From: Octopus vulgaris
Lineage: Eukaryota
Assembly: GCA_951406725.2 (NCBI GenBank)
Contig: OX597833.1
Location: 33,232,001-33,296,000 of the forward strand
Reading direction: 5' to 3'
DNA: 64,000 nt
Shown: piece after piece, positions 50,109 to 64,000 of the stretch
Numbering within the stretch: the stretch's first letter is position 1
Layout: the number at the start of each line of letters is the position of its first letter
Translations under genes and position numbers: made by a program
Notes under the pieces: generated by a model
What the model saw: the letters and a program-made list of their open reading frames with translations, nothing else
What the model was told of the DNA's origin: nothing
Database searches by the model: none

Positions 50109-51448
50109 ATTTGAAATCAATAATAAATGTATGTCCTGTGCTGGTCTAAAAAGGCATTTAAATATCCATAAATCAAACAAAACAAACATGCCACATGTGG
50201 TGAGACATATTTGCACTGTTTGTAAAGCAAATTTTAAACAGCAGCTCTCGGGACTTAAAAGCCACTTACTTGTTCATGTACAGTAAAAGCACATCTAATA
50301 AGAAGTAAAGCTTTGAATAGCAGCAGATTACTTCCATTGAAGCACGTATGTCACTATTGCCATGCATAAATGAGAAAAAAATGTGCTCATATGTAGTAGG
50401 GTCCATTGATTTATTCGGAGATCAGGTTTTACTCCGTTGCTACACCGAGCTTTTCGTGTCATGTTCCTGTGTGTGTGTGTGTGTTTAACTGGTACAACAC
50501 CCAGTAAAACACGCACACACGACACGTGCCAATAAAGGAGTCTCTATGTAGTCACGCAACCTGCTAGAAATCGCAACCAAATTACTCTCAAATCATACCC
50601 CTATCTGCTCAAAAAAAAGCGAAAGCCACATTAGAGAAAGTAGCACCAGCTGCTCATGAAAAGATAGGATGGTCATAACTGGCTGGAATACTATGATTAT
50701 AATTCCGATCGATCAAGTTTACCTAACAACACAAACCATACAGACAAATCCAAACACACACACACACACAGTGTACTACTTTCACGGCTTGCCTATAATC
50801 ACATACTAATTATACACGGAATGAATACGCCATTTAAAACTCATTAAAGACAGAATGCTACTTGTATCATACCTAGCTACAAACTAAATTTTATTCAAAG
50901 AGTTCAGAATTAGGAACCAGTTCATCAACACAAAACCACAAACATTGCGAGGCTACAGCAAGGACTTCAAACAGCTATTGTAGTAAACAAATTTCAATGT
51001 AAACATGAAAATTGTAAACTTCATGACTCGAACTGTTACATCGGATATACATCGGTTGGCCACACATTTACAACGAGGCATCAAAAGAATTCATTAGAAT
51101 ACAGAATATGAAGCAAACTAGATAAAACATTGATCGATAATAAAAGGTAACTGGATGATTAACAGTAAAAAATAAAAACCAGTAAAATACAGACCGAAAA
51201 CATAATACAGACAGAGCAGCCATACAATGAATTATAGAAGCAATGTTAAATAAACAGTTACTTTTAAATCCTGTGAAGAGGATTTTATGACTTACAACAT
51301 CACCGCCACGATCTTTTGCTGTTTATTACAAAACATTGTAACAATAACGCTAATATAATCACTTCATCCTGAAGACGAACCCGAAAATCGACGCTAAGCT
51401 TACAGGACTAATTAGAAAACACACACACGCACGCACACACATACACAC

Positions 51449-51498
<50 letters not shown>

Positions 51499-51613
51499 TG
51501 CGTACATACATATTTATGCACACGCACACACGTGCGCGCACATATGCACTTACACGCGCGCGCGTACATACATACATACATACATACATATATTAATTTC
51601 AATTTTTTTCCAG

Positions 51614-51739
51614 TGACTGTAGTGGCATTGAACTGTGTGTATACGAGATTCGTTACGAAATGTCAGAGTGTCATGGCAGCAACTAAAATAATTACTTTGC
51701 TACTGGTTATCAGCGGTGGTATATTTTCCCTCAGCCAAG
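51614..51739 (+). CDS. SLC7 transporter coding exon 2 (126 bp)
   Basis: tttttttccag|TG...CAAG|gtacgt; (L)TVVALNCVYTRFVTKCQSVMAATKIITLLLVISGGIFSLSQ(G); phase 1/1. Confidence 0.92.
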
Positions 51740-52226
51740 GTACGTAAATTATTATAGTACGAGCAAATTGAAATGTAATAAAAAATTGAAATATATTTAA
51801 GTAATAATAATCATGTCGTTAAAGGCATAAAACATTAGCCTACTGATCTGGCAAGTAGAGGAAAAGCTATTCCTCGAAGTTAAGGTCTAATAACCACAAA
51901 ACATGTCCTAAATTGTAGCTCATACGTTTGAAAATCAGATTCAAATAATATTAGTTAGTCAGGAAATGTTTTCTTTTCCTCAGAGTATCAAAACTTTAAG
52001 CTAAGGTTGCCAGTTTATCAATTTCCCAATTTCAATTGTTTTGCTTCTCAACGATACTTTGTCGACAAATTAACACCAAATTACAACGTATAAAAATACA
52101 AAGCTTAGAATAAAACATTCAAAGAAAATAGACCCGCAACAAAGGCGAAAATTGTCTGTTGGGCTTCAAGAATTGGTTTATCTACGTAGCTGATCCTTAT
52201 TTTTAAAACGTTTTCGTGTATTACAG

Positions 52227-52326
52227 GAGAAATAGAAAACTTCAAAGAACCGTTTGAAAACAGCAAGACTGATGTTGCTTCTCTAGTACTTGCAGTTTTA
52301 TATTCCATTTTTTCTTATGGAGGATG
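52227..52326 (+). CDS. SLC7 transporter coding exon 3 (100 bp)
   Basis: ttacag|GA...GGATG|gtgagt; EIENFKEPFENSKTDVASLVLAVLYSIFSYGG(W), containing the TM6 motif F.YGGW; phase 1/2. Confidence 0.92.
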
Positions 52327-52629
52327 GTGAGTGGAGATTAAATATTTTTTTTTCAATTATTCGTATATTTTGAGGAAGTTTCACTTTTATTTTCAACTTA
52401 TGGAATATTCAAGAGAAGAAACTTTACTTGTTAGATATATGGAAAATAGCTGTTAATGGAGCATGTTGCGATTATTGTAATTATGAAACAATGGTTCAAA
52501 CTCAACATTAATTGCTAGTTTTAAACAAAATCTTTGATAAATGCACTTCGGTGTCTGTGAGTGTGAGTTTGTATGCATTTGTGTGAGTGTGTGTTTATTA
52601 TTATGTAAATATATGAAATATACATACAT

Positions 52630-53025
52630 AGGCGCAGGAGTGGCTGTGTGATAAGTAGCTTGCTTACCAACCACATGGTTCCGGGTTCAGTCCCACTGCG
52701 TGGCGCCTTGGGAAAGTGTCTTCTACTATAGCCTCGAGCCGACCAAAGCCTTGTGAGTGGATTTGGTAGACGGAAACTGACAGAAGCCCATCATATATAT
52801 ATATATATATATGAGTGTATGTATATGTTTGTGAGTCTGTGTTTGTCCCCCCACCATCGCTTGACAACCGATGTTGGTGTGTTTACGTCCAACTTAGCGG
52901 TTCGGCAAAAGAGACCGATAAAATAAGTACTAGGTTTACAAAGTATAAGTCCTGGGGTCGATTTGCTCGACTAAAGGCGGTGCTCCAGCATGGCCACAGT
53001 CAAATGACTGAAACAAGTAAAAGAG
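52630..53025 (+). mobile_element. tRNA-derived SINE, full length
   Basis: GGCGCAGGAGTGGCTGTGTG...GGGTTCAGTCCC head, internal microsatellite, tail ccagcatggccacagtcaaatgactgaaacaagtaaaagag; at least 6 copies in the window. Confidence 0.88.
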
Positions 53026-53190
53026 AAAATACATATAGATAGATAGATACATACATACATACATACATACGTACATACATACATACATACATTTTCAATA
53101 TTAACAGAAAAATAAGCATTAATTTTTACATCCTAGTGACTTTTTCTTTCTTTACAATTGTTAAATTCGTATCTGTTTTATTCTTTTAAG

Positions 53191-54198
53191 ATGGGTTTAG
53201 ATCATATAAGACATTGCATGTTGTACGAAGTGAAATGGACAATGGAAGCCGCAAGGAATATTCGTTATGTCAATGGAAATATAACTTGAATTCTCGGGAC
53301 ATGCCAATGGTTTGGTCAGTTTTGTTCGAGAAACGTTTTTTCTTGAAGACTCACCTCGATGTGGACGACCAAGTTCTATCAATATTGAGCTTCTGGAAAC
53401 CAAAATACCCTAATTGTGGAAAACACAAAGCAAACTGCACGAGAATTTGCAAAAGAGTTCAAGTCACACTTTGATCATAAAACAGCTTCATGAACTGGGA
53501 AAAGTGTCTAAACTCGGTCAGTGGGTCTCTCATCACCTGACTGAATCTCAGCTTAATGGAGGAGTTGCTCTCTGTGCATTATTGAAGAGTAAGCTTGCTA
53601 CTGAATCTTTCCTGGGTAGAATCATTACAAATGATGAACAGTTGGTTCTCTATAAGTATATCCAATGAAAACGACAATGGTTAGCAACCGGTGAAAAGGG
53701 AGAACCCATCCCCAAACCAGGAATGCACTCCCAAAAAGTTATGCCCTGTGTTTGGTGGGATATGAAACGTGTTGTCTATCTCATGATAGATGTTAAACCA
53801 AACCGAAACAGTTTATGCAGAGAAATATTGTTGGAAATTGGAAGCATTGTAAATTTGCAGAAAAGCGTCTATCATGGTCAATCGTGAAAGGGCGTTGCTC
53901 TTACTCAGCATTACGAAAGCACATATTGCCCAAGTTACTCAGGAAAACATTATGGCACTAAATATGCAGCTTTTGCTTCATCCTCCTTACTCTCTTGACA
54001 TTGCTCCATCTGACTGCCATCGTTTTAGATTATTGCAATATTGATTTGAAGGAAAACGGTTTATTAATTGCGAAGAGGTTAAAAATGATATTGTTTCGTA
54101 ACTTTGAAACTTGAAAAGTATTTTACGTCCGAGGGATTAACAATCTACCAAATAGATGGGCTTGTTGTCAATAATGAGGGCAATTATTATCTTGATTA
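53191..54198 (+). pseudogene. Mariner (Mos1-like) transposase pseudogene
   Basis: HIRHCMLY, LEDSPRCGRP, KLGQWVSHHLT, FLGRIITNDEQLVLY, KVMPCVWWD, HPPYSLDIAPSD, GINNLPNRW. Confidence 0.9.
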
Positions 54199-54501
54199 AA
54201 TCTAATGTATATCAAGATGCGCGCACGCGCGTGTTTGAGTATGCAAATGAGAGAGAAAAGTATTCAATATATATAACAGAGTTCGCTTATTCGTTTAACC
54301 AAAATGATTTATACAGTCACTAGTTGAAGTTTCAAGGCACGTGTCTGAAGAATCGTATTTGTTAGAAAAATAAAAAAGACATCATGTGTGTGTGGTGGGG
54401 GTGTATGGGTGTGTGATGTAAGAGAAAGGCCGAGGGAGAGAATTTGTTAATCAGTTTTCCTTCAATATTTTTGTCTCCCAATATCTTCTGATTTTATTCA
54501 G

Positions 54502-54546
54502 GGCAATTATTGCAGCATTATCTGAGGATATGAAAAACTCTGCCAG
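54502..54546 (+). CDS. SLC7 transporter coding exon 4 (45 bp)
   Basis: ttttattcag|G...GCCAG|gtaagt; (W)AIIAALSEDMKNSA(R) aligns to WN.LN.VTEE.KNP.R. Later exons were not found in this window. Confidence 0.88.
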
Positions 54547-56979
54547 GTAAGTTTTTTAAAAAGTCAAGAAGAGAATGTAAGAAGTTACATCATTATAAGT
54601 CTTACAGTTACTTTCCATTTTGCTCAAAATTCAGATCTCGGTGGGATCCATTTTCCTTTTCAATTCTCTGGAGTGAATAAAATAGTGCTACATTGTACTA
54701 TAGAATATATTTAAACAAGTTAACAAAACAATGTATTTTAACAGACATATGCAAGCACCTTGTCATTATTTCCAATATCTTCGCAAACAGAAAAGGCAAA
54801 ATCTGACGGATTACTTTCTATCCTATATTAGAATTTTATCAACGACCGAGTTACCGCTTTCATTGTCCAAAGGCCATTGCCTCTAAACCATTATTACTAA
54901 ATGGTTAAGTAAATGGATTAGACAGTATGTATATATAACATGTTCTTAGCAGTTACTTTGATTAATAATAAATTACTGTTTATTAAGTGAACTGGTTGAC
55001 AAGAATGCATTATATTTGCAAATATGTCCAATTTACTTACTGATTAATAATGGTCAGTAAAAGTGATGGGGAGACTTGTTACTGTTGAAGTCCCAACTCA
55101 AGTTTGAAACTAGTTTGTCTGATTCCTCTTTCTCTGCCCACAAACATATAGTGACAAAGTGCTTACTCGGTGGCAAAGTTGTAAATTTACCTATATCGAG
55201 ATCGTATTCACGAGTGAAGGAAAGCAGGAAGCTAAATTGGATGCTAGAATTACAAGGGTACTGGCACAGTAATGCGCCAGCTCTATCATTCGATCCACAC
55301 TATCTTCAGTTCAGTTTTGTTGTCCATCCTTTCTACAGCCATGAATATTTGGTAATGACTGAAAGAGTACGATGGTAATATAAGTGGCCGAAATGGGGCA
55401 CCACCGAAAGGTCTCGGGAGTAACGTTGCTCAACAAGGTGCATGGCTCAGAGATCCAGGTCGAGCCGCTACTTTTCTAAGTTGAGAAGTATAGTACACTA
55501 GAGACATGTGATTAGAATGTCGCAAGAATGAATTGCAAGACGGATCTTTCAAGCCGGGTCAACCAGCAGGAGACCAAGAATGAGATGAGTGGAAAATATC
55601 CAAAGTCTCAATTGGTCATGCTCAGGAATTCAGCCGGAATATCTAATGACAGTTGTTTCTGATAGAACCCTAAGGAGAAGGTGCCTGAGGACTCTACCTT
55701 CATGACCCTCCCAAGAATAGAGGGCGGAGTAAATGGGTGGATGGATGGATATTTTCATTATCCTAGCTATCATGATTATCCGTAGCGTATACATTATGGA
55801 GCTAAGTTCTTTCTCAGTTCTTTGCTTGAGGCGCGTTGATACTTATCCTGTCATCAATAATGATGGTTATAAAACTGCAAAGAGTCTATTTTGGGTACTG
55901 GATTTACAGACTCTTCATCTATGGTACACAGTTGACTACTTTCTCCTGTATTTTTCTTACCACAGTGACGTCCAGTTGGGTGTTGACATCCACAACACAA
56001 CATGTTTTATTTAGTATTCTAAAAACAACAATGTCAGGTCGGTTGTGATTTAATTTGTTTGTTTCATACTTAGATTCACTCAGTACTCATTTATCCCTTA
56101 ATTTCAATATATTTATCATTATGTTTTTGTTATATTTTTATCCTTGGCTCTACTCAAGATTTCTATTGCTAACAAATCGAGTCTTGTAAGAAGGTAGTAT
56201 AATGAAAACATTTTTTTCACAGTTTGCAGTTTTGGTTTTGCATAGCTTACGTTTGTTGTGAGTTATAGCTTTTAACTCGTGTAGAAGATAATTGGAGAAT
56301 ATTTCTTATACTTGGAATGCACGAAGGTAACTTTCGAAGTGTGATGTAATAAACTTGTTGGTACTCCATGCCAGGCTTTTTAGTGTGGTGTATTCCATCA
56401 ATGGTCTGTGTTTTTCGTTTCAAGTACCCCTGTACCACCAACTCAGTAAACTGCTACAGAAGTATGTACGTATGTTGGTATTTATTCGTTTATGAGTCTA
56501 TGTATGTATATATTTCTTGTTATTTATCTTTACTGTATACACGTGTGTGTGTGTGTGTGTGTATGTATGGGGGCTGTTTGGTGGCGTTTGGGTGGGTGTG
56601 TGAGCGTGTGTAAATTAGTGTATAAATGACTTTATATAGTTTATATCTTAAGGTGGGTTAAATGTTTTAAGTTGTAAGGGTGTGTTTCAAGTGAGAACAT
56701 CTGTTGGGAACTCCAAGGTAAGTGTGCGTGTGTGTGTGTGTGAACATACAAAAATACATACACACAAACACAGGCCCACTCCAAAAGATATATATATGTA
56801 TGTATGAGTGTGTGTATAATTGTTATGTATTTCCGTGGGTGTTAAGGAGGTGTGTGTTTGCTGTTCCATTGGCTTAAGTGTGGGTGCGTATCGTGGTTCA
56901 CCTCCAAACAGTTCTTGTCAATATATGTTATGTCCATTTTGTTGCAGATTTGTTGATGTTGTTGATGTCCGTTGTGTGC

Positions 56980-57024
<45 letters not shown>

Positions 57025-57079
57025 CGTGTGTAGATAATGGCTTCCTTTAAACATCTTCAGTTAATTGAGCAAACAAGTT

Positions 57080-57109
57080 AATGATAATAATGAGGAAGAG
57101 AATGCTGCT

Positions 57110-57140
<31 letters not shown>

Positions 57141-57270
57141 ATGAGGAGGAGGAGGAGGAGGAGTAGGATGTTGATGATAAGGACGACGACGATGATGGTA
57201 AGGATGAGGATGATGATGGTGATAAGGGCGACGACGACGATGATGACGATGAAGATGACAATGAGGAAGA
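57080..57270. repeat. Compound trinucleotide repeat (CTG/GAT/GAG/GAC)
   Basis: Direct inspection. Confidence 0.9.
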
Positions 57271-57649
57271 TTCCAGTGAGATGGGTGGTATTGATTGTTT
57301 TTGTTGTTTAGTCTCAAAGAAACCCAGAACGAGCAGAACTTTGATCATATCAAAGGTGATCCAGTTGTGACAATGCAGTCCCTTTCCAATGCACACTTCA
57401 CAGTGCACTTAGAACCATATCATCCCACGTGAACTTATTTTCTAAAGTGTGAGGTTGTAAGGTTGCTATTTATAGCATGTCAACTGACCAAGTAGAGACT
57501 TGCTCCTAGGTTGCAGTAGTTCTTAGCAATGATAATTGCAAGGATATGAAGTCATTGTCTAAGCCCCAATCTCCTTTTCATGTGTCAGTAATGGAGCATT
57601 GGAGGGCGCATGGCTTAATGATTAGAATAAAATCAAAGCTATCTGCTGA

Positions 57650-58900
57650 TTCTACACGGTGGAAGAAGGCTCCAACACTGATGTCATATACCTTGATTTC
57701 AGCAAGGCATTTAACAGAGTGGACCACAAAATCCCACTGAAGAAACTGTGCAACATTGGAGTTCGTGGAAAGCTGCTGCAGTGGATAAAGCGCTTCCTGA
57801 GAACAGAACCCAACAGGTCCTGTTTCAAGCTCAGCCAACATGTCCGATCAAGCTCAGCCAAAGTCAGTAGTTGTGTCCCACAAGGTACTGTGTTGGGCCC
57901 ACTCCTCTTTATTATCTACATCGATGACATAGTAGATGTCATCAAACTTTCTACATTTAAAATCTTTGCAGATGATTCCAAATTCCAGAAGGCCATAAAC
58001 GATGGGAGACCGAACATGCCTTCAGTCGGATCTGTTTGCTGTTGTCCAGTGGGCGGAAAAGAACAATATGCTTCTAAATGAAAAAAAGTTCAATTTGTGC
58101 CAAACTTTGAAAAAGAGGTTACTCTGAAACTACCATATTCCCTCCCTTCGGGCGACTCCCTAGTGTCATCCAACAACACCAGAGGCCTTGGAGTAATTGT
58201 TGAAATACAATCTAAGCTGGAGTTCTCATGTAAACAGTAAGGTTGAATTGGCCAGCGAGATGTGCTCCTGGATTCTGAGAACTTTCCGATCTTGAGATTC
58301 TCACACCATCATCCTTCTCTACTCTACTTTCGCCCGATCCCACCTTGAATACTGTTGCCCACTGTAGTCTCTCCACAAGAAGCAACACATTATGCAAGTT
58401 GAAGCACTCTAGAGGTCAATAACAAGAAAGATAGACGGCATGACAAGCATTGACTATTAGGGTAGACAAAAAAAAACTTAATCTCTCTCTCCAACGCCGC
58501 CGGAAGCGCTACATCATTTGTGTGATGTGGAAAATATTCCATCAATATTGCACAAATGATGTTCACATCAATTTTAAAATCCACCCAAGACATGGCCCCC
58601 GTGCTTTCCACCCACTACAAAAATCGAACTCAGAACACAACAACATTACGACACAGCTACTTTACCTCAACTGGTCCAGCTCACCAAAATACGTCAAAAT
58701 GGAAACGGATCCCATAAAATTCAAAAGTTCTCTGGACAAATTTCTCCAAAAAACTCTCGGACCAAACTCCTACACCCGGATATGTCTCCAACAATAATAA
58801 CTCTTTACTAGAGTGAGCCATGGTGCCCCATATATGACTAAAATACTTCACCAGTTAGACATGGCCTGGGCTTATACTGGCCGAAACCTATCAAAGTTAA
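57650..58900 (+). mobile_element. CR1/L2-group LINE 3' portion
   Basis: DVIYLDFSKAFNRVDH, SCVPQGTVLGPLLFIIYIDD, KIFADDSK, LEYCCPL*S, SLQRRRKRY, FKSSLDKFL. Confidence 0.9.
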
Positions 58901-59443
58901 TACAGATAATTATCTAAGTCTGTTCATCTGAAAGCCCTGGAAATCCAGAACATTTTTATTGCCAATAGACACATTGTTACCAATGAAGTCGCTATTATTT
59001 TGCGTTTCTTGCTGAATGCAAACAAAAAGTGATTAAGTATTGGACGACTTAATGAAAGTTTTGGACAGAGCGGAAATTCTCGAAATAGTCGAACTTTTAA
59101 CTTAAATACTCATTTAGAAAACACCCCACTCACTCTACAGATTGTACAGAGACGATTGTTGAACAGTTTCCGGTAATACGATTTGCCATCGCAAGAGCAT
59201 ATTTTACAGAAGAACCAGACAGGTATATTTAAGGAACACGATTTCGATATCAACATTAACATTGATTTTACAGTCGCAGAAGGAGCTGGAGTGAAGGGTG
59301 AGCGAGGACGTTAACCAGATAAGTATTGACAAGAATAACGTTTGAAAAGCAAGAGACTTTGGTGATGCGACAGCGTTACATTCTGCTGTCGTTGTTGTTG
59401 TTGTTATTGCTGCTGCTGCTGCTGCTATCACCACCACCACTGT

Positions 59444-59477
<34 letters not shown>

Positions 59478-61344
59478 GTTGTAATTGTAGTTGTTTAATT
59501 CCAGATCACCCAATAGACCCAATAATCAAAAGCATTTTAACCGCGACCAACCCCTCTTTTTGGCATTGCATATTTCAGACTACTTTGTTCAATATTTCCT
59601 TCCTTTTGTTTAAGGGCGGTAAAATGTGATTTGTGTTTTAGAGACTTCACCAGAGTGCCGTTTCAAATTTGAGCATGAGTGAAATTTCACCTGGGGGCGA
59701 GGAGCTCCCCACTTCTGACGCAGAGGCTCGCGTTGATGGAGTTGTAGATGTTGCTTTCTATCCCATCAATCATCTTTTTCATACGTCTCAAGTGATCTCC
59801 ACAACCATCACTACTATCAACACCAGTCATTATCATTTATTCAAGTCTACTCTTAATTCTGTGTAAATACTCAGACAAGAAGTTTCCAGAAAATGATGAC
59901 AACACTAAAATGGCGAGTGAAACACTCCTTCACCAGACACGCTGACTAATATACTATTTAAAGTTTGACTGTCAGGCTGGACGTTTGTTTATCTGGCTGT
60001 CTGTGTATGTATCGAGAGAGGTGGCTGCTATTCCTCTCAATACGTTGACCTGTCTAACTGATTGTGTGTGTGTGGTTAATGTCTTCTGTTTTTGTTTTGA
60101 ATAGCCTGCATTTGTTATCAGCTGATGCTTTCTGTCTTTTTTGTAGAAAGTACATGGTGAGCATTTCTTGATCCAAAGTTGTTGGGTAACATTCGAAATA
60201 AAATGGTATAAACTTGGTGGTACTCAAAAACGGACTCTTATTACGATACGTTCCTTCTATGGTTCATGTTTTCTGCTTCAAGTACCTATACCCATATACA
60301 AATCCAATTTTTTAATGGTAATTTTTTAATGGGTGGGGGGTGAGATAAACCCCCCCCCCCATTACCGAGAGAGAGAGAGAGAGAAAGTTGTGTCAGCTTG
60401 TGTGTATGATTAAGGGCGATTTAACTGTTAAATCTAGTACATCTCACAACCACTTTTCTAGTTTCTTCGTCACTCTGACATGTATTGATGTTTTTCAATA
60501 TCTTTTCTCCCTATAAACACATTTAATGGAATGATGATGCACCCAAGAGCGGTCCATTGCTGGGATTTAAGCAAAAAATTCGGATTGTCTGTATTTTAAA
60601 CTCTGATTTTTTAAAAAAATTCAAATAAGGGTGGAATTTTTAGGATTTATTTTCTTTCAGAAATAATTTCTTATATATATATATAATTGTATGAATTACC
60701 GTATACTGAATACAAATTCGCAAAAATTTTCTGAAAACTCCAAATAATTTTTTTTTTAAGTGACGAGGTATTATATGGAGTTATATGGGGTGCTTGAACC
60801 AGAATTCCGCCTATTCAACTTCTCTACCCACTATTCCAGAAAATGTCGTTGGAGTAGAGTCTTCGGGCATCTCCTTTCACAGGGTCCTATCAGAAACAAC
60901 TGTCATTACACATACCTCTTTCTTTTCAGCCATTTAAATCTAGCCATCCTTGCTTCTACATTTCGTTATAAATTGACATACATACTAAGCACAGTGAAAC
61001 AAAGGGTATGTTTAAATGTTTATGATCAATTGAAATTACAGCGGTTTAGTGGGAGGATTATTAGCGTTAATGAAAATTCTTGTGAAGAAAGGTCCAAAAC
61101 AGAGCTCTGAAATTTGAATTGTGTAAACATTAAATGCAGTATGGAGTGAGACAATTTTGAATAAATATTGTGACAATTCAAGACAAGTTTCACTCTTATT
61201 ATATCTCATCAGCAAGTACTAACCAAATCATAGACTGACTGAGAGAATATTGTTTTCCATGTTAACAATCATTTGCCTGGTTAGGAGATTTAAATTAATG
61301 ACTCTGCGATAAATCGAGCCCATGCCTTTGTAACTGAGAAGGCA

Positions 61345-61550
61345 AAAACTGTTTTAGTCATTTGACTGTTGCCATGCTGGAGCACCATCTTGAAGAATTT
61401 AGTCGAACAATTCAACTCCAGTAAATCATTTTTTAAAAGTTTGGTACTTATTCTATCCGACATTTTATCCAAGCGCTAGTTGCAGGAACGTAAACAAACG
61501 AACGTCGGTTGTCAAGCGGTGTGGGAAGAGGGACGAACACAGACACGCAC
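61345..61550 (-). mobile_element. SINE 3' half (52630 family)
   Basis: Reverse complement ccgcttgacaaccgacgtt...gatagaataagtacc...ggtgctccagcatggcaacagtcaaatgact. Confidence 0.8.
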
Positions 61551-61719
61551 ACACATGCATGTATATATGTGTGTTTGTTTGTTTGTGTCTGTGTGTTTGT
61601 ATGTGTGTACGTACGTACGTATGTATGTATGTATGTACGTACGTATGTATGTATGTATGTATGTATGTATGTATGTATGTATGTATGTATGTATGTATGT
61701 ATGTATATATGTATGTAAA

Positions 61720-62075
61720 CGTGATAAACTTCTGGAAAGTTTTATGCATTTTTACAGTTCCAGTGATGGACTGAATTTGTAGTCTTCGAATCAGCTTTCC
61801 CCTTTCTGGTTTTGAGAAGCCTAATTTCTCAAGATTGGTATTTAGGCAGTATGTTACTTATCCCAGTACCCTAATAATTACAGGTATAAACCTGAACTTG
61901 TACTCTGGACAGAGTAACTGCAAATTTCTCAATAGTCCAGCGTAGGTATTCTCTTTTTCACTGATCTTCAAGCTTTATGTTAACATCCGGTGAGCAGCTG
62001 ATTTCCACAACTGTACCCAGTTTCTCTTCTCCATCCCAAATCATTATATCAGGTCTGTTGCGTTTACATTGTATT
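61720..62075 (-). mobile_element. REL endonuclease 3' end (R4/Dong-like) embedded in (TACA)n
   Basis: CKRNRPDIMIWDGEEKLGTVVEISC..D...EKENTYAGLLRNLQLL...FIPVIIRVLG...LEKLGF...LIRRLQIQSITGTVKMHKTF. Confidence 0.85.
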
Positions 62076-62343
62076 GAGGTTTATGTATGTATGTATGTAT
62101 GTATGTATGTATGTATGTATGTATGTATGTATGTATGTATGTATGCATGTATGTATGTATGTATGTATGTATGCATGCATGTATGTATGTATGTATGTAT
62201 GTACGTTTGTATGTATGTACGTACGTACGTACGTACGTACGTATGTATTTGTATGTCTGCATGCCGTATGTATGTATTCGTATAAAGTCATGTTATTTAA
62301 CACTTTCGAGTTTAATCGGACAGTAATATCCCTGTGGTGTGTG

Positions 62344-62447
<104 letters not shown>

Positions 62448-62675
62448 TTGAAATGCACGTGAGCAAAGATATCTGAATCCAGTTGCCATTTTGTCGTCAG
62501 TCAATTTTCGCTTACTTAGCAACAATCCACGTTCGATTCCAGAGATCTTCCAAAGGCCATTCTACTGACATTCTTTATTCTCATCACCTCATATATACTG
62601 ATCAATGCTGCTTACTATACTACACTCAGCCCTTACGAGATAATCAACTCTTCATCGGTAGCACTGGTAAGTTCA

Positions 62676-62755
<80 letters not shown>

Positions 62756-62774
62756 CATTATCATCATTATTATT

Positions 62775-64000
62775 CACTTCACTACCGAGCGCAGCTCTGT
62801 GTGCCTTGGGTATGTGCTGTGTTTGTTGTGATGCTCTGATGGTTACTGTATTGAAAGTGTTTTGCGTAGGATTTGTGCAGTGCCCAGTAGTGCAATTTTC
62901 TGTATATTATATGTATTTGTAAGTCCTGGTGTTGTTGTTATGTATTTGCCTGAATATTTTTTTATCATACCTAATGCGCCTACTATGATAGGAATTGTTT
63001 CTGTTTTTAGATTCCACATTCGAGTTACCGCTATTTTCAGGTCTTTGTATTTTGAAAGTTTCTCCATTTCTTTTAGAGACATGTTGTCATCTGCTGGTAT
63101 TGATACATCAATTAGAAGGCATTTTTTTCTTCGTGGTCTCTGACAACTGTATCTGACCTATTAGCCTTAATTTCTCTATCTGTGTGCATTGGCATATCCC
63201 AGAGTATGGTTGCTTTCTCGTTTTCTGTGACCTTTTCTGGTGTGTGCCTATACCATCTTTTTTCTGTTGTTATGCCATAATGTTGGCATAGCTTCCAGTG
63301 TATGTAAGTCCCATCTCTGTCGTGTCTGTGAATATATTCCTTCTTAGCCAGGACTGGGCAGCTAGAGATAATGTGATTTATTGATTCTTGCCCATCTCCA
63401 CATATTCTGCAGTTACTTGTTATGTTTCTTTTCATTATATGTTTTTGGTAATTTCTGGTGGGGAGGCTTTGGTCTGGTGCTGCAATTAAAAATCCCTCCG
63501 TCACTGCTTTGAGTCCTGAGCTTCTCAACTATTGCTGGGATTTTTCTTTGTCTATTTCTTTTGCAGTTAGTTTAGTCCAGTATTTGTCATGAAGGTTTTC
63601 TTACCATCGTTTTATCATGGTCCGTTGCTGTTCTAGTTTTAGTTTGGATTTCATTTGTTTTATAGCTTTTGTTGTTGTTTCTTCTTCTTCTTCTTCTTCT
63701 TCTTATTATTATTATTATTATTATTATTATTTGTTAGGTGGTATGAGTTCTTGTATTTGTCAGCTTCCTTAAATACTGAGAACAGTTTTGCTCGTGTTTT
63801 GCCGCTATTTGTATCAGTTTCCTTGCTTCTGAAGTAGATATTTTTGCAGTCCTATGGTGGTTATTTTATAAGAGTTTTCCAGCTGTATAAGGCCTCTACC
63901 ACCTTCTATTTGTTGTCTATATAGCTTTTCTATGTCAGATTTTGGATGATGCATGCTAGATCCGGTCATTATTTTTTTGGTTTTCCTGTCTATTTTGGTT
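62775..64000 (-). mobile_element. Dong/R4 non-LTR retrotransposon 3' part (CCHC + REL), inserted at (TAA)n
   Basis: TEGFLIAAPDQSLPTRNY, CRICGDGQESINHIISSC, YIHRHD, ILWD...IKANRSD, LIDVSIP, EKLSKYKDL, IPIIVGALG; 3' end abuts (ATT)n at 62676-62773. Confidence 0.92.

Noticed and set aside
50101-50286. C2H2 zinc-finger ORF as a host gene
   Set aside because: Short, without exon support, and more simply explained as the tail of the adjacent RTE fragment.
57061-57408. Ser/His-rich ORFs
   Set aside because: Trinucleotide repeat translations with no splice or domain support.

Overview
AT-rich, microsatellite-dense eukaryotic DNA, not prokaryotic: no operons, CRISPR array or rRNA. The SINE families and repeat landscape suggest a cephalopod such as Octopus, which is my inference. 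Two host-type genes are visible. (1) An intronless 267-aa ORF at 15247-16050 has a clear N-terminal CARD followed by what looks like a catalytically altered caspase-like domain. (2) The first four coding exons of an SLC7/LAT-type amino-acid transporter lie at 43274-54546, with phase-consistent GT-AG junctions. The rest is transposon debris: several Penelope-like elements, a rearranged Merlin (IS1595-like) transposon with TIRs and a degraded 8-bp TSD, Gypsy, RTE, Tx1, CR1 and R4/Dong LINEs, Helitrons, a Helentron-type element, mariner, MITEs and tRNA-derived SINEs. Non-obvious structure includes many fold-back inverted duplications, mostly next to (TA)n tracts. Several carry minimal type-I hammerhead ribozyme motifs. 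REL-type retrotransposons recur in (TACA)n microsatellites. All calls were made by eye without database searches, and repeat boundaries are approximate.
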